Of a DNA stretch of 64,000 nucleotides, positions 34,695 through 43,907 are shown piece by piece. The stretch spans positions 5,132 through 69,131 of the forward strand of contig JAZNDR010000051.1 in the NCBI GenBank assembly GCA_045588185.1, given 5' to 3'. Position numbers and translations under genes: made by a program. The stretch comes from Candidatus Scatosoma sp. Its GTDB lineage: Bacteria > Bacillota > Clostridia > Christensenellales > Borkfalkiaceae. How positions within the stretch are numbered: the stretch's first letter is position 1; each line of letters opens with the position of its first letter. Below the pieces are notes generated by a model. That model saw nothing but the letters and a program-made list of their open reading frames with translations. It had not been told where the DNA came from and searched no databases.

Positions 34695-34716
34695 TCATAA
34701 AATAGGGGATTTTTTA

Positions 34717-35967
34717 ATGAAAAACGTAATCGTTATCGGGGGCGGAGCTGCTGGGTTAATGGCGGCATACGCGGCGGCAAATAAAGGGCACTCCGTAAAG
34801 CTTATCGAAAAAAACGAGAAATTAGGCAAAAAAATATATATCACGGGCAAAGGAAGATGCAATTTTACAAACGACGTTTCCCCAGAAGAATTTTTACAAA
34901 GCGTTGTTCGAGGGGATAAGTTTTTGCGCGGTAGTATATATTCTTTTTCTTCGCAAAAAACGATAGAGTTCTTTGAAAATAACGGCTTATCCGTCAAAAT
35001 TGAAAGGGGAAACCGCGCGTTTCCTATTTCCGATCATGCAAGCGACGTTACTAAAACGTTGGAAAAAGCTTGTAAAAACGCGGGTGTTTCCATTGTTTTA
35101 AATGAAAAAGCAGAAAAAATTGTAATAGAAAACAGTTCTATGTCTGACATAGGTATTATACCACGCATAGTAAAATTGCAAACGAATAAGGGTATATATC
35201 CTTGCGACGTTTTAATTGTTGCCACAGGCGGATTAAGTTATCCATCAACTGGTTCAACAGGGGATGGATATGAATTTGCAAAAACCTGCGGACATACCGT
35301 AACTGATTTAAAATGCGGGCTTTGCGGTATAAATGCCGAGGGTACAATGTATAAAGAATTGCAAGGATTGGCGTTGAAAAACGTGGCACTTTCTATTAAA
35401 AACGGGCAAAAGACCGTCTATCAAGACTTTGGTGAGATGCTTTTTACACATTTCGGCGTATCTGGACCGATGATTTTATCAGCGTCTTCGGTAATCAACC
35501 GTTTACCCTTAAGCGCGCTTGGCGTTACGCTTGATTTAAAGCCTGCCATTGACGAACAGACTTTGGATAAGCGTTTGCTTCGCGATTTCGATAAATATAA
35601 AAACAAACAAATTTCCAACGCTCTTTGCGAGCTTTTGCCTCAAAAGCTTATTCCGTTCCTGCTTTTGTTTAGCGGTATTCCCGAAAAGAAGTCCGTCAAC
35701 GTTGTAACAAAAGAGGAAAGGGGCCGCCTTGTGTATTATTTAAAAAATTTCCCTTTAAAATTCAAAAGTTTGCGTGGCTTTGAGGAAGCAATTATAACTT
35801 CGGGTGGGGTAACTTTATCGGAAATTAACCCTAAAACAATGGAAAGTAAAAAGGTCGCAGGGCTTAAATTTTGTGGCGAAGTCTTGGACGTAGACGCATT
35901 CACGGGCGGGTTTAATATGCAAATTGCTTTTGCGACGGGATATGCGGCGGGAAATACAATCGAGTAA
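34717..35967 (+). CDS. HI0933/BaiN-family NAD(P)/FAD-dependent oxidoreductase
   Basis: VIVIGGGAAGLMAA and GKGRCNFTN motifs, and a 416-aa length typical of the family. Confidence 0.85.
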   Translation: MKNVIVIGGGAAGLMAAYAAANKGHSVKLIEKNEKLGKKIYITGKGRCNFTNDVSPEEFLQSVVRGDKFLRGSIYSFSSQKTIEFFENNGLSVKIERGNRAFPISDHASDVTKTLEKACKNAGVSIVLNEKAEKIVIENSSMSDIGIIPRIVKLQTNKGIYPCDVLIVATGGLSYPSTGSTGDGYEFAKTCGHTVTDLKCGLCGINAEGTMYKELQGLALKNVALSIKNGQKTVYQDFGEMLFTHFGVSGPMILSASSVINRLPLSALGVTLDLKPAIDEQTLDKRLLRDFDKYKNKQISNALCELLPQKLIPFLLLFSGIPEKKSVNVVTKEERGRLVYYLKNFPLKFKSLRGFEEAIITSGGVTLSEINPKTMESKKVAGLKFCGEVLDVDAFTGGFNMQIAFATGYAAGNTIE

Positions 35968-35999
35968 AAGGATTATTTGTAGTTTAAAACGCAAAAGAC

Positions 36000-36028
36000 T
36001 TGACGAAAAATTTTTTTCACGCTATAAT
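36000..36028 (+). promoter_or_regulatory. sigma-A-type promoter (TTGACG-17-TATAAT)
   Basis: Hexamers at 36000-36005 and 36023-36028. Confidence 0.6.
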
Positions 36029-36063
36029 ATATAGAGTAATAAAAAAGGTTTTGGAGGCAAAGA

Positions 36064-37077
36064 ATGACAATCATTCGTGGTGCGACGACGGTTGAGAAAG
36101 ATTGTAAAGAGGAAATATCGTTATCCGTTAAAGAGATGTTAGATGAGATATTTACGCTCAATCATTTAAAAAAGTCGGAAATTAGAGGTTTTTTATTTTC
36201 ATTAACGACCGATATTCATTCTTACCATCCCGCCAAAGTAGCAAGGGAATGCGGCTATGATTTTGCGCCCTTATTTGCTTGTATCGAACCCGAAATTGAC
36301 GGAGGGTTAAAACTTTGTATTCGTGTAATGCTTTTTACCGAGCTGACCGAGGAAAGAAGCGTTAAGCACGTTTACCAAAACCGCGCGAAAAATTTAAGGA
36401 AAGATCTTTCTGAAATATACAATATAGCTCTTGACGGTCCGGCAGGGAGCGGTAAAAGCACGGTGGCGAAAATTCTCGCCAAAGATTATAATATTTTATA
36501 TCTTGATACGGGTGCTATGTACCGTGCCTGCGGATTAAAAGCTCTTCGTTTAGGTGTTGATCCCAAAGACGGCGCGGCAGTTGAAAAAATGTTGCCGCAA
36601 CTTAACGTAAAAGTGGAATATAAAGAGGGAATGCAGCATACTTTACTCGATGGGGAAGACGTTTCGAAAGCAATTCGAGAAAACCGTGTTTCTATGGCAG
36701 CGTCGGATATTTCTGCGCATCATTGCGTTCGCGTGAAAATGGTGGAAATGCAACGAGAAATTGCGCATAGTATGTCTTGCGTTCTCGACGGTCGGGATAT
36801 CGGCTCTGCCGTGTTGCCTGACGCTAAATTTAAATTCTTTATTACGGCGGACAGCAAAGTTCGTGCAACCCGCCGTTTTAACGAACTTACCGCACGCGGC
36901 GAAATTGTAGATTTTAATAAATTGCACGCTGAAATCGTTGCCCGTGATAAACAGGACAGCGAGCGAGAATTTTCTCCGCTTGTTTGCGCCGACGACGCAG
37001 TGGTGATAGATACCTCGAATTTAGACGTAGACGGGGTGGTGGCAAAAATTAAAGCAAAGATCCAATCCAAGATTTAA
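36064..37077 (+). CDS. cmk: fusion protein: AroH-type chorismate mutase (N) + cytidylate kinase (C)
   Basis: N-terminal IRGATTVEKDCKEEI...HPAKVARE...GGLKLCIRVML...VKHVY resembles B. subtilis AroH along its length. From about residue 118, IALDGPAGSGKSTVAKILA...LDTGAMYRA is Cmk. The ORF is a single uninterrupted 337 codons. Confidence 0.8.
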   Translation: MTIIRGATTVEKDCKEEISLSVKEMLDEIFTLNHLKKSEIRGFLFSLTTDIHSYHPAKVARECGYDFAPLFACIEPEIDGGLKLCIRVMLFTELTEERSVKHVYQNRAKNLRKDLSEIYNIALDGPAGSGKSTVAKILAKDYNILYLDTGAMYRACGLKALRLGVDPKDGAAVEKMLPQLNVKVEYKEGMQHTLLDGEDVSKAIRENRVSMAASDISAHHCVRVKMVEMQREIAHSMSCVLDGRDIGSAVLPDAKFKFFITADSKVRATRRFNELTARGEIVDFNKLHAEIVARDKQDSEREFSPLVCADDAVVIDTSNLDVDGVVAKIKAKIQSKI

Positions 37078-37088
37078 CGGAGAAACAA

Positions 37089-37802
37089 ATGACTGAGGGC
37101 GAGCAAATTAAGGTTAAAAAGAAAAAGGAAAAACCGATTACGGTAAAAGCAAACAAAAAGGGCAGGCATATTATGCCTTTTTTGAATTTTCTTCGTGTTC
37201 TCGTGATTCCTATTTATTACCTGTTAAAGCCATTTCGTTATTACGGTAAGAGAAAAGTTGAGGACGGGGCTTGCGTATATATTTCTAATCATTACACCCT
37301 TTTAGATCCTGCTTATATTGCGGCGACGACTTGGGAGGGAATACATTTTATCGGCAAAAAAAGCATTATGAAAGCACCTGTTATCGGTGCGATTGCAAGA
37401 AAAGCAAAAACAATACCCGTTTCACGCGATGGAAACGACGTTCGCGCGCTCCTTGATTGTTTTAAATGTCTTAAAAATAATGAAAAAATAGCTATTTTTC
37501 CCGAAGGGACGAGGAATAGGACTGGCGTAGAATTGCAACCGTTTAAGCACGGTGCGGCGGTAATGGCGATTAAAGCGAAAGTGCCTGTGATTCCTATTAT
37601 GATGTATAAAAAGCCTCGTTTTTTCCGTTGTACCCATATTTTAATTGGGGAACCGATTGAGCTTACTGAATATTACGACCGTAAATTAACGGAAGCCGAT
37701 TTTATAAAAGCCGACGAAAAATTACGCGACCATATGATAGAAATGCGAGTTAAACATACGGAATATTTACAAAATAAAAAGAATAAGAAGAAAAAGGCGT
37801 AA
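37089..37802 (+). CDS. plsC: 1-acyl-sn-glycerol-3-phosphate acyltransferase
   Basis: HX4D motif NHYTLLD and the FPEGTRN motif. Confidence 0.85.
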   Translation: MTEGEQIKVKKKKEKPITVKANKKGRHIMPFLNFLRVLVIPIYYLLKPFRYYGKRKVEDGACVYISNHYTLLDPAYIAATTWEGIHFIGKKSIMKAPVIGAIARKAKTIPVSRDGNDVRALLDCFKCLKNNEKIAIFPEGTRNRTGVELQPFKHGAAVMAIKAKVPVIPIMMYKKPRFFRCTHILIGEPIELTEYYDRKLTEADFIKADEKLRDHMIEMRVKHTEYLQNKKNKKKKA

Positions 37803-37804
37803 AT

Positions 37805-39883
37805 ATGGAAATTATCGTAGCCAAGAGCGGAGGTTTTTGCCGCGGAGTGCAAAAGGCTGTGGATACGGCACTTTCCATTCCGCCTGAAAATACCTATATC
37901 TACGGGGAGATTATTCATAATCCCGACGTCGTAAAAGAAATAACCCAACGGGGAATCGTGCAGGTGGACGATTTGGACGAAGTGCCCAAAGGTGCAACGC
38001 TTATTATCCGTTCTCACGGAGTAGGGCGAAGGGTATACGAGCTGTGCGAGGAAAGAAGAATCAAAGTTGTGGACTGTACCTGCGAATTCGTACGCCGCAC
38101 CCAAAAGATTATCGTAGAGGAATACGCCAAAGGAAACGCGATTGTCATTATCGGCGAAAAGACGCATCCTGAGGTTATCGGGCTAAACGGGTGGTGTGAC
38201 GATACGGCATATATTTTTTCTTCCGAAGAAGAAGATTTTTCGATTTTACCTGAAAAAAAGTGCTGTATAGTGGCTCAAACCACCTATTCTAAGGAAAAAT
38301 TTGAAAAAATTATAAAAATTCTTCGCAATAGACGGCAAAAAACAGTTGAAGTTTTTGAAACAATTTGCTATACTACTATGGGACGGCAAAATGAGGCAAG
38401 CAAACTTGCGAAGCAATGCGACGCGATGCTGGTGCTCGGAGGCTTAAACAGCAGCAACACCAACAAGCTTTACGACATCTGCGCGGAGTATTGTCCAAAC
38501 GTGTTTCGTTTGTCGAATGCAGCCGAACTAAAATATAAAACAATCAAAGGATTTAAAAAGGTAGGTATTGTTATGGGTGCTAGCACCCCTAACAGGCAAG
38601 CTCAGGAGGTTCTATTAAAGATGGAAATGGAAACAGAAGCAAAAGCAACGATGGAAGAAGTTGTTGCAAAAATGGACAGTCAGCCTAAGTTCAGAAAAGG
38701 ACAGCTGCTTACGGCTACAATCTCGTCGGCAAACGATTCCGGCGTCGCAGTGTTACTCCCTAACACGAAAAAGGAAGTAATTCTCGACAAAGATGAAGTG
38801 GACTGCGAAGTGTACAATAAGGACGATTTTGCTGCAAAAACGGGTGAAGAAATCGAACTTATGGTAATGGCAGTAACGCCCCGCGTAGTGCTTTCTCAAA
38901 AGCAGATCAAAAAGGTTAAGGAAGAGGAAGCTATGGTTGCGGAGCTTTCGTCCGGCAAAGAATTTGAAGTAGAGTGCACGGGCTTCAATAAAGGCGGTTT
39001 AACTGCGCAGATGGATTCTTATACGGTATTTGTACCCGCTCGCGAAATCCGTTCGGGTTACGTAAAAGAACTTGATAAATACGTTGGCATGAAATTGCGT
39101 CTTCGTTCGCTTGAAATTAAGAACGAAAGAAGAAAGGAAATCATTGCTTCTCAGCGTGTTATTATTGAAGAAGAAAAGGCTGCTAAGGAAGCTGCAAAAG
39201 CTGCGAAAGAAGCGGAATTCTTTGCGTCAATTCACGTAGACGACGTAGTAGAGGGTAAAGTGGAACGCGCTACGGCGTTCGGTGCATTCGTATCCGTAAA
39301 CGGTTTTGATTGCCTTGCGCACATTTCCGATCTTTCTTGGACGGGCGTTAAAGCGGTTACTGACGTGCTTGAAATCGGTAAGAAATACGAATTTAAGGTA
39401 TTGAAGATCGACGAAAACTCCAAAAAGGTTTCCATCGGTTACAAACAGCTTCAACCTCAGCCTTGGGAACTCGCGGCAGAAAAATATGCAGAGGGCGACG
39501 TTATCCACGGTAAAGTTGTACGCATTGTGCCTTTCGGTGCATTTGTAGAAGTGGAAAAGGGAATCGACGGTCTTGTACACGTTTCTCAAATTTCTCACGA
39601 ATTCCTTGAAAACCCTACGGCGGTGCTTGCGATTGGTCAAGAAATTGACGCGAAGATTTTGAAGCTCGATTGCGAGGAAAGAAAGATGACGCTTTCCATC
39701 AAAGCGCTTGAACCCAAGCCCGAAAACGCAGAAAGAAAGCCCAGAGCGCAGAAAGCGGAAGACGGCGAAGGTAAGGCAAGAAAGGCAAAAGCGGCGAAAC
39801 CCGCAGACGAAGTTACCGAATGGAACGACGCTGATGTTGGCGGTGGTGTTTCGATTGCTGATTTGTTGAATAAGAATTCCTGA
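37805..39883 (+). CDS. ispH: bifunctional IspH (HMBPP reductase) / ribosomal protein S1-domain protein
   Basis: N-terminal GFCRGV...CTCEFV... LytB-type Cys ligands. The C-terminal half carries repeated S1 domains (GKVERATAFGAFV, GKVVRIVPFGAFVEV). This fusion is commonly annotated in Clostridia. Confidence 0.9.
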   Translation: MEIIVAKSGGFCRGVQKAVDTALSIPPENTYIYGEIIHNPDVVKEITQRGIVQVDDLDEVPKGATLIIRSHGVGRRVYELCEERRIKVVDCTCEFVRRTQKIIVEEYAKGNAIVIIGEKTHPEVIGLNGWCDDTAYIFSSEEEDFSILPEKKCCIVAQTTYSKEKFEKIIKILRNRRQKTVEVFETICYTTMGRQNEASKLAKQCDAMLVLGGLNSSNTNKLYDICAEYCPNVFRLSNAAELKYKTIKGFKKVGIVMGASTPNRQAQEVLLKMEMETEAKATMEEVVAKMDSQPKFRKGQLLTATISSANDSGVAVLLPNTKKEVILDKDEVDCEVYNKDDFAAKTGEEIELMVMAVTPRVVLSQKQIKKVKEEEAMVAELSSGKEFEVECTGFNKGGLTAQMDSYTVFVPAREIRSGYVKELDKYVGMKLRLRSLEIKNERRKEIIASQRVIIEEEKAAKEAAKAAKEAEFFASIHVDDVVEGKVERATAFGAFVSVNGFDCLAHISDLSWTGVKAVTDVLEIGKKYEFKVLKIDENSKKVSIGYKQLQPQPWELAAEKYAEGDVIHGKVVRIVPFGAFVEVEKGIDGLVHVSQISHEFLENPTAVLAIGQEIDAKILKLDCEERKMTLSIKALEPKPENAERKPRAQKAEDGEGKARKAKAAKPADEVTEWNDADVGGGVSIADLLNKNS

Positions 39884-39916
39884 TTGTTCTACCGTTAAAA
39901 TCATAAATTCATATAT

Positions 39917-39954
39917 AAAAGACTGTGTTTAAAGCGATTAAACGCAGTCTTTTC
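39917..39954 (+). terminator. intrinsic terminator
   Basis: Roughly 16-bp stem AAAAGACTGTGTTTAA / TTAAACGCAGTCTTTT with a T-rich tail. Confidence 0.75.
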
Positions 39955-40006
39955 TGTTTATAAATAAGTATTGAAAAATAAAAAACCTGAAAAGGAGCAA
40001 GAAAAA

Positions 40007-41836
40007 ATGGAAAAACAGGGTAAAATTAAAATTTCAAGCGAAAATATGATGCCGATCATAAAAAAGTGGCTTTATTCCGATAAGGATATTTTTCTTCGCG
40101 AAATCGTAGCAAACGGCGTTGATGCGGTCACGAAGCATAAAAAGCTGACTGAAATGGGCGAGGCGGACAAGGAAGAAAACGGTTATAAAATCGTCGTAAC
40201 CGTTGATGAAAAAGCAAAGACTTTGACCGTAGAAGATAATGGTATCGGTATGACGGCGGACGAAGTGGAAAAATACATCACGCAAATCGCCTTTTCTGGA
40301 GCAGAGGACTTTTTACAAAAATACGAAAAAGCTTCCGGTGACGGTATAATCGGGCATTTTGGTTTGGGCTTCTATTCGGCATATATGGTTTCTGAAAACG
40401 TAGAAATTTATACGAAGAGCTATAAAGACGAACCCGCCGTTAAATGGGAGTCGGACGGCAATTCCACTTATACGATATCCGAAACGGATAAAACGGACCG
40501 CGGAACGAAAATCGTTATGCATATAGCCGAGGGTGAAGAAGAATTTTTGAAAGAATATACGATTCGTCAGCTCTTGACGAAATATTGCTCGTTTATGCCC
40601 GTGGATATTTATTTAAATCCGAAGAACGACGATAAAGATAAGCCCGTAAATAATACTGCGCCGTTATATTTGAAAGATCCGAAGGATTGCACGGACGAGG
40701 AATATAAGAATTTTTACCGCGATACCTTTATGGATTATAACGAACCGCTTTTTTGGATTCACCTTAATATGGAATATCCTTTTCGTTTAAAGGGCATTTT
40801 GTATTTCCCGCAAGTAAAGAAACAGCAGGTACAATTAGAAAAGGGACAGGTAAAACTTTACTGCAACCAAGTATTTATCGCCGATAATATTAAAGAGGTT
40901 ATTCCTGAATTTTTGATGCTCTTAAACGGTGTGATAGATTGCCCTGATATTCCTTTGAACGTTTCGCGTAGCTTCTTACAGAATGATAAGCAAGTACAAA
41001 AGATATCTAAACACATTACCAAAAAAGTGGCGGATAAGCTGACTTCTTTATTCAATAATGACCGCACGCGTTATGAAGAATGTTGGAAAGACGTTGCAAC
41101 CTTTATTAAATTTGGTTGCATCAAAGAAAATGACTTCTATGAAAAGGTGGAAAAAATTGTTATATTCAAAAATCTCGCAGGTGAATACAAGCCCGTAAAC
41201 GAGTTTTTCGGCGAAGAAATCAGCGACGAGGAAGCAGGGAAAGGTACGATGCCTAAGCCTATTTATTACGTTTCCGACGAGGCACAACAAGCGCAATATA
41301 TCTCTATGTTTAAGGACGCAGGGCTGGACGCATTGATTTGCGACACGTATATTGACCCGCATTTTATTAGTTATATCGAGTATAAGAACCCGAAAAAATG
41401 CCGTTTCGTGCGTATTGACGCCGATATTGACGGCGCGTTGAAGAACGGCGAGGAAGTAAAAGAGGAAGAACATAAAGACTTGGTTGAAACCTTCAAGAAA
41501 CACCTTGTTAATAAAGAGATTACGGTAAAAGCAGAAGCGTTCAAGAGCGGTAAAATCCCCGCTATCGTCAATGTGGAAGAATTTATGCGTCGTATGTCCG
41601 AAATGGGCGGTTTCTACGGTATGGACGAGGGTGACGCAAGTAAAAATGCAACGCTTGTTCTCAATCTGACGAACCCCGTTGTCAACGGACTGCTTTCGCA
41701 ACCCGAGGAAAAACAGTCGGTAATTGTAAATCAAATTTATTATCTCGCTATGCTGTCCTATAAAAAGCTTGCCCCCGAAGAGCTTTCCGATTTTGTGGAA
41801 AAGAGTACGGAACTTTTGTTTGATTACAGCAAATAA
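40007..41836 (+). CDS. htpG: molecular chaperone HtpG (Hsp90)
   Basis: LYSDKDIFLREIVANGVDA, DNGIGMT and GHFGLGFYSAYMV motifs. Start moved to ATG 40007 after an AAGGAG RBS. Confidence 0.95.
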   Translation: MEKQGKIKISSENMMPIIKKWLYSDKDIFLREIVANGVDAVTKHKKLTEMGEADKEENGYKIVVTVDEKAKTLTVEDNGIGMTADEVEKYITQIAFSGAEDFLQKYEKASGDGIIGHFGLGFYSAYMVSENVEIYTKSYKDEPAVKWESDGNSTYTISETDKTDRGTKIVMHIAEGEEEFLKEYTIRQLLTKYCSFMPVDIYLNPKNDDKDKPVNNTAPLYLKDPKDCTDEEYKNFYRDTFMDYNEPLFWIHLNMEYPFRLKGILYFPQVKKQQVQLEKGQVKLYCNQVFIADNIKEVIPEFLMLLNGVIDCPDIPLNVSRSFLQNDKQVQKISKHITKKVADKLTSLFNNDRTRYEECWKDVATFIKFGCIKENDFYEKVEKIVIFKNLAGEYKPVNEFFGEEISDEEAGKGTMPKPIYYVSDEAQQAQYISMFKDAGLDALICDTYIDPHFISYIEYKNPKKCRFVRIDADIDGALKNGEEVKEEEHKDLVETFKKHLVNKEITVKAEAFKSGKIPAIVNVEEFMRRMSEMGGFYGMDEGDASKNATLVLNLTNPVVNGLLSQPEEKQSVIVNQIYYLAMLSYKKLAPEELSDFVEKSTELLFDYSK

Positions 41837-41852
41837 TTAGAGAAACAATCTA

Positions 41853-41885
41853 AAACGTCTTTCTGAAAAGAAGGACGTTTTTTTG
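41853..41885 (+). terminator. intrinsic terminator after htpG
   Basis: 11-bp stem AAACGTCTTTC / GAAGGACGTTT (one G-U pair) followed by a T-run. Confidence 0.75.
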
Positions 41886-41932
41886 TTATAAATTTGTTCT
41901 AATCGGACAAGCCGAGGCATATAGTATATCAA

Positions 41933-42787
41933 ATGTTAGAATTTTTACCGAAAAGAATCATGGACGGGCTATCGCATATCAATCTTCAATTCGTGTACGA
42001 ACTACGCTTGCGGGTTGATAATCCCGTTACTATAAATTACAAAGGGCAGTACCGTTATCTTGGCGAATACGGATTTACAGAGCTTGCCGAGAAAGCTTTG
42101 TATTGCGATAGGGAAGAGATCAACGAATGTATTTTTTATGCGGGAAATCGCTCAGTGTATTCGGTTGAAGAACAAATAAAACGAGGTTATATCACGGCGG
42201 AAAAAGGGGAGCGAATAGGTTTAGCCGGCGAATACGTATTTGATAAAGGACAACCTTTAACAATACGCAATCTATCCTCGTTGTGTATACGCATACCGCA
42301 CGAAATTCGAGGTTGTGGAAACGCAATTTATAAGCGTTGTATGTCAGACAGAATACCAAACCTATTGATTTGTTCTTCTCCTGGGATAGGAAAAACGACG
42401 ATACTGCGTGATTTAAGCCGTATTATCAGTGAAAAATCAGGTAAAAATCTATTGATTTGCGATGAACGCGGAGAAATTTCCGCCATGAATGCAGGAGTGA
42501 CTTGCGATATATTAAAATATGCTGATAAAACAACAGCGTTTGAAGCAGGGATACGCGCTATGCGCCCGGATATTATCGTTACGGACGAGCTTTTCCCGCG
42601 GGATATTAAAGCAATCGAACACGCGATATACGCAGGGGTAAAAGTACTTGCTTCGGCGCATTTTACAAATGCCGAACAGGCAAGGCATATCTTCAATAAT
42701 CTCTTTGATTTTTACGCGGTTTTAGACGAAAAAGAAATCGGTAAGATAAAAAATATATACAATAAAGAAGGCGGGGTAGTCAATTGA
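41933..42787 (+). CDS. spoIIIAA: stage III sporulation protein AA (ATPase)
   Basis: Walker A SSPGIGKTT and Walker B IIVTDE. First gene of an eight-gene block with spoIIIA order and sizes. Confidence 0.85.
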   Translation: MLEFLPKRIMDGLSHINLQFVYELRLRVDNPVTINYKGQYRYLGEYGFTELAEKALYCDREEINECIFYAGNRSVYSVEEQIKRGYITAEKGERIGLAGEYVFDKGQPLTIRNLSSLCIRIPHEIRGCGNAIYKRCMSDRIPNLLICSSPGIGKTTILRDLSRIISEKSGKNLLICDERGEISAMNAGVTCDILKYADKTTAFEAGIRAMRPDIIVTDELFPRDIKAIEHAIYAGVKVLASAHFTNAEQARHIFNNLFDFYAVLDEKEIGKIKNIYNKEGGVVN

Positions 42788-43282
42788 ATGGCAAAATTTC
42801 TTTTGGGTGTGGCGATTATTGCGTTTACAAGCTTTTGCGGTTATCTGTTGACGAAAAAATATAGAAAGAGAAAGCTGTTTTTTTCTCAGCTTTTTGAGTT
42901 TAACGAACGGTTTTTAGCAGAAATTACTTATTATCGACGTCCGTTGCATGCGTTTGTTTCCGCTTATACGTATAGGGACGAGTTTCAGGTACTTCTTCTT
43001 GATTATTTCGGGGAAATGAAAAATCAAGGCTATTCGTTTATGGAAAAAGTGAACAAACCAGAATACGACTTTCTCAAAAAAGAAGAAAAAAGGACGGTAT
43101 ACGATTATTTTTCAATGATTGGAAAAGGGGATAGTAATTCGCAAAAAAACTACTTCACTTCCGTAAAGGAAACCCTTTCAAAGCTAAAAAAAGAAGCGGA
43201 AGAAAATAATAAAAAATATGGAGATTTATACGTAAAACTTGGATTTTTATGCGGTTTACTTATTTTAATTCTTGTAATATAA
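42788..43282 (+). CDS. spoIIIAB: stage III sporulation protein AB
   Basis: Position and size fit, with N- and C-terminal TM segments. Confidence 0.7.
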   Translation: MAKFLLGVAIIAFTSFCGYLLTKKYRKRKLFFSQLFEFNERFLAEITYYRRPLHAFVSAYTYRDEFQVLLLDYFGEMKNQGYSFMEKVNKPEYDFLKKEEKRTVYDYFSMIGKGDSNSQKNYFTSVKETLSKLKKEAEENNKKYGDLYVKLGFLCGLLILILVI

Positions 43283-43291
43283 AGGCTGGAT

Positions 43292-43489
43292 ATGGATATT
43301 AGTATACTTTTTAAAATGGCGGCAATCGGCATTATTGTTACCGTTATATGTCAAATTCTTAAAAAATCCGACCGCGATGACATTGCCACGCTTGTCAGTA
43401 TCGTAGGACTTGTTATCGTGTTGGCGGTGGTGGTGAGCATGATCGGGGAGCTCTTTACCGACATTCAAAATATTTTCGGGCTATTATAG
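43292..43489 (+). CDS. spoIIIAC: stage III sporulation protein AC
   Basis: 65-aa two-TM protein (FKMAAIGIIVTVICQILKKS...), typical of SpoIIIAC. Confidence 0.8.
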   Translation: MDISILFKMAAIGIIVTVICQILKKSDRDDIATLVSIVGLVIVLAVVVSMIGELFTDIQNIFGLL

Positions 43490-43505
43490 AAGTGCGGGTG
43501 TCAAA

Positions 43506-43907
43506 ATGGTAGGTGCGGAAATTATAAAAATTATCGGCGTGGCATTTGTTACGGCAATCGCCGCGATACTTTTAAAGCAGTCAAAACCCGAGCTTTCCTT
43601 TGCAGTAACCGTTACAGGCGTGATCGTAATTTTGCTTTTTATCGTAGATGCCTTGCAGGATACCTTACTTGTTTTTACTGCGCTCGCACAGATGACGGGC
43701 ATGGAGAACGGTCTATTGAAAATACTCTTGAAAATCGTCGGAGTAGGGTATATTACCGAATTTGGCGCGGGGATATTAAATGATTTCGGCAGTAACGCCG
43801 TCGCGGACAAGGTTGTATTGGGCGGGAAAATTACCATTGTTTTGCTTTCGTTACCCGTTCTTGAAAGCCTGCTAACGCTCATAAAAGGATTTTTGAGTTT
43901 GGTATGA
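43506..43907 (+). CDS. spoIIIAD: stage III sporulation protein AD
   Basis: 133-aa multi-TM protein (IIGVAFVTAIAAILLKQSKPE...), typical of SpoIIIAD. Confidence 0.8.
   Translation: MVGAEIIKIIGVAFVTAIAAILLKQSKPELSFAVTVTGVIVILLFIVDALQDTLLVFTALAQMTGMENGLLKILLKIVGVGYITEFGAGILNDFGSNAVADKVVLGGKITIVLLSLPVLESLLTLIKGFLSLV

Noticed and set aside
39227-41734. Antisense ORFs (225 aa, 228 aa) opposite ispH-S1 and htpG
   Set aside because: They lie opposite highly conserved genes, with biased composition and no start context.
41881-41932. Sigma-E promoter for spoIIIAA (CATATAGT at 41918-41925)
   Set aside because: The -10-like element is only 8 nt from the ATG, and no matching -35 lies at the right spacing. 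It is not supportable from the sequence.
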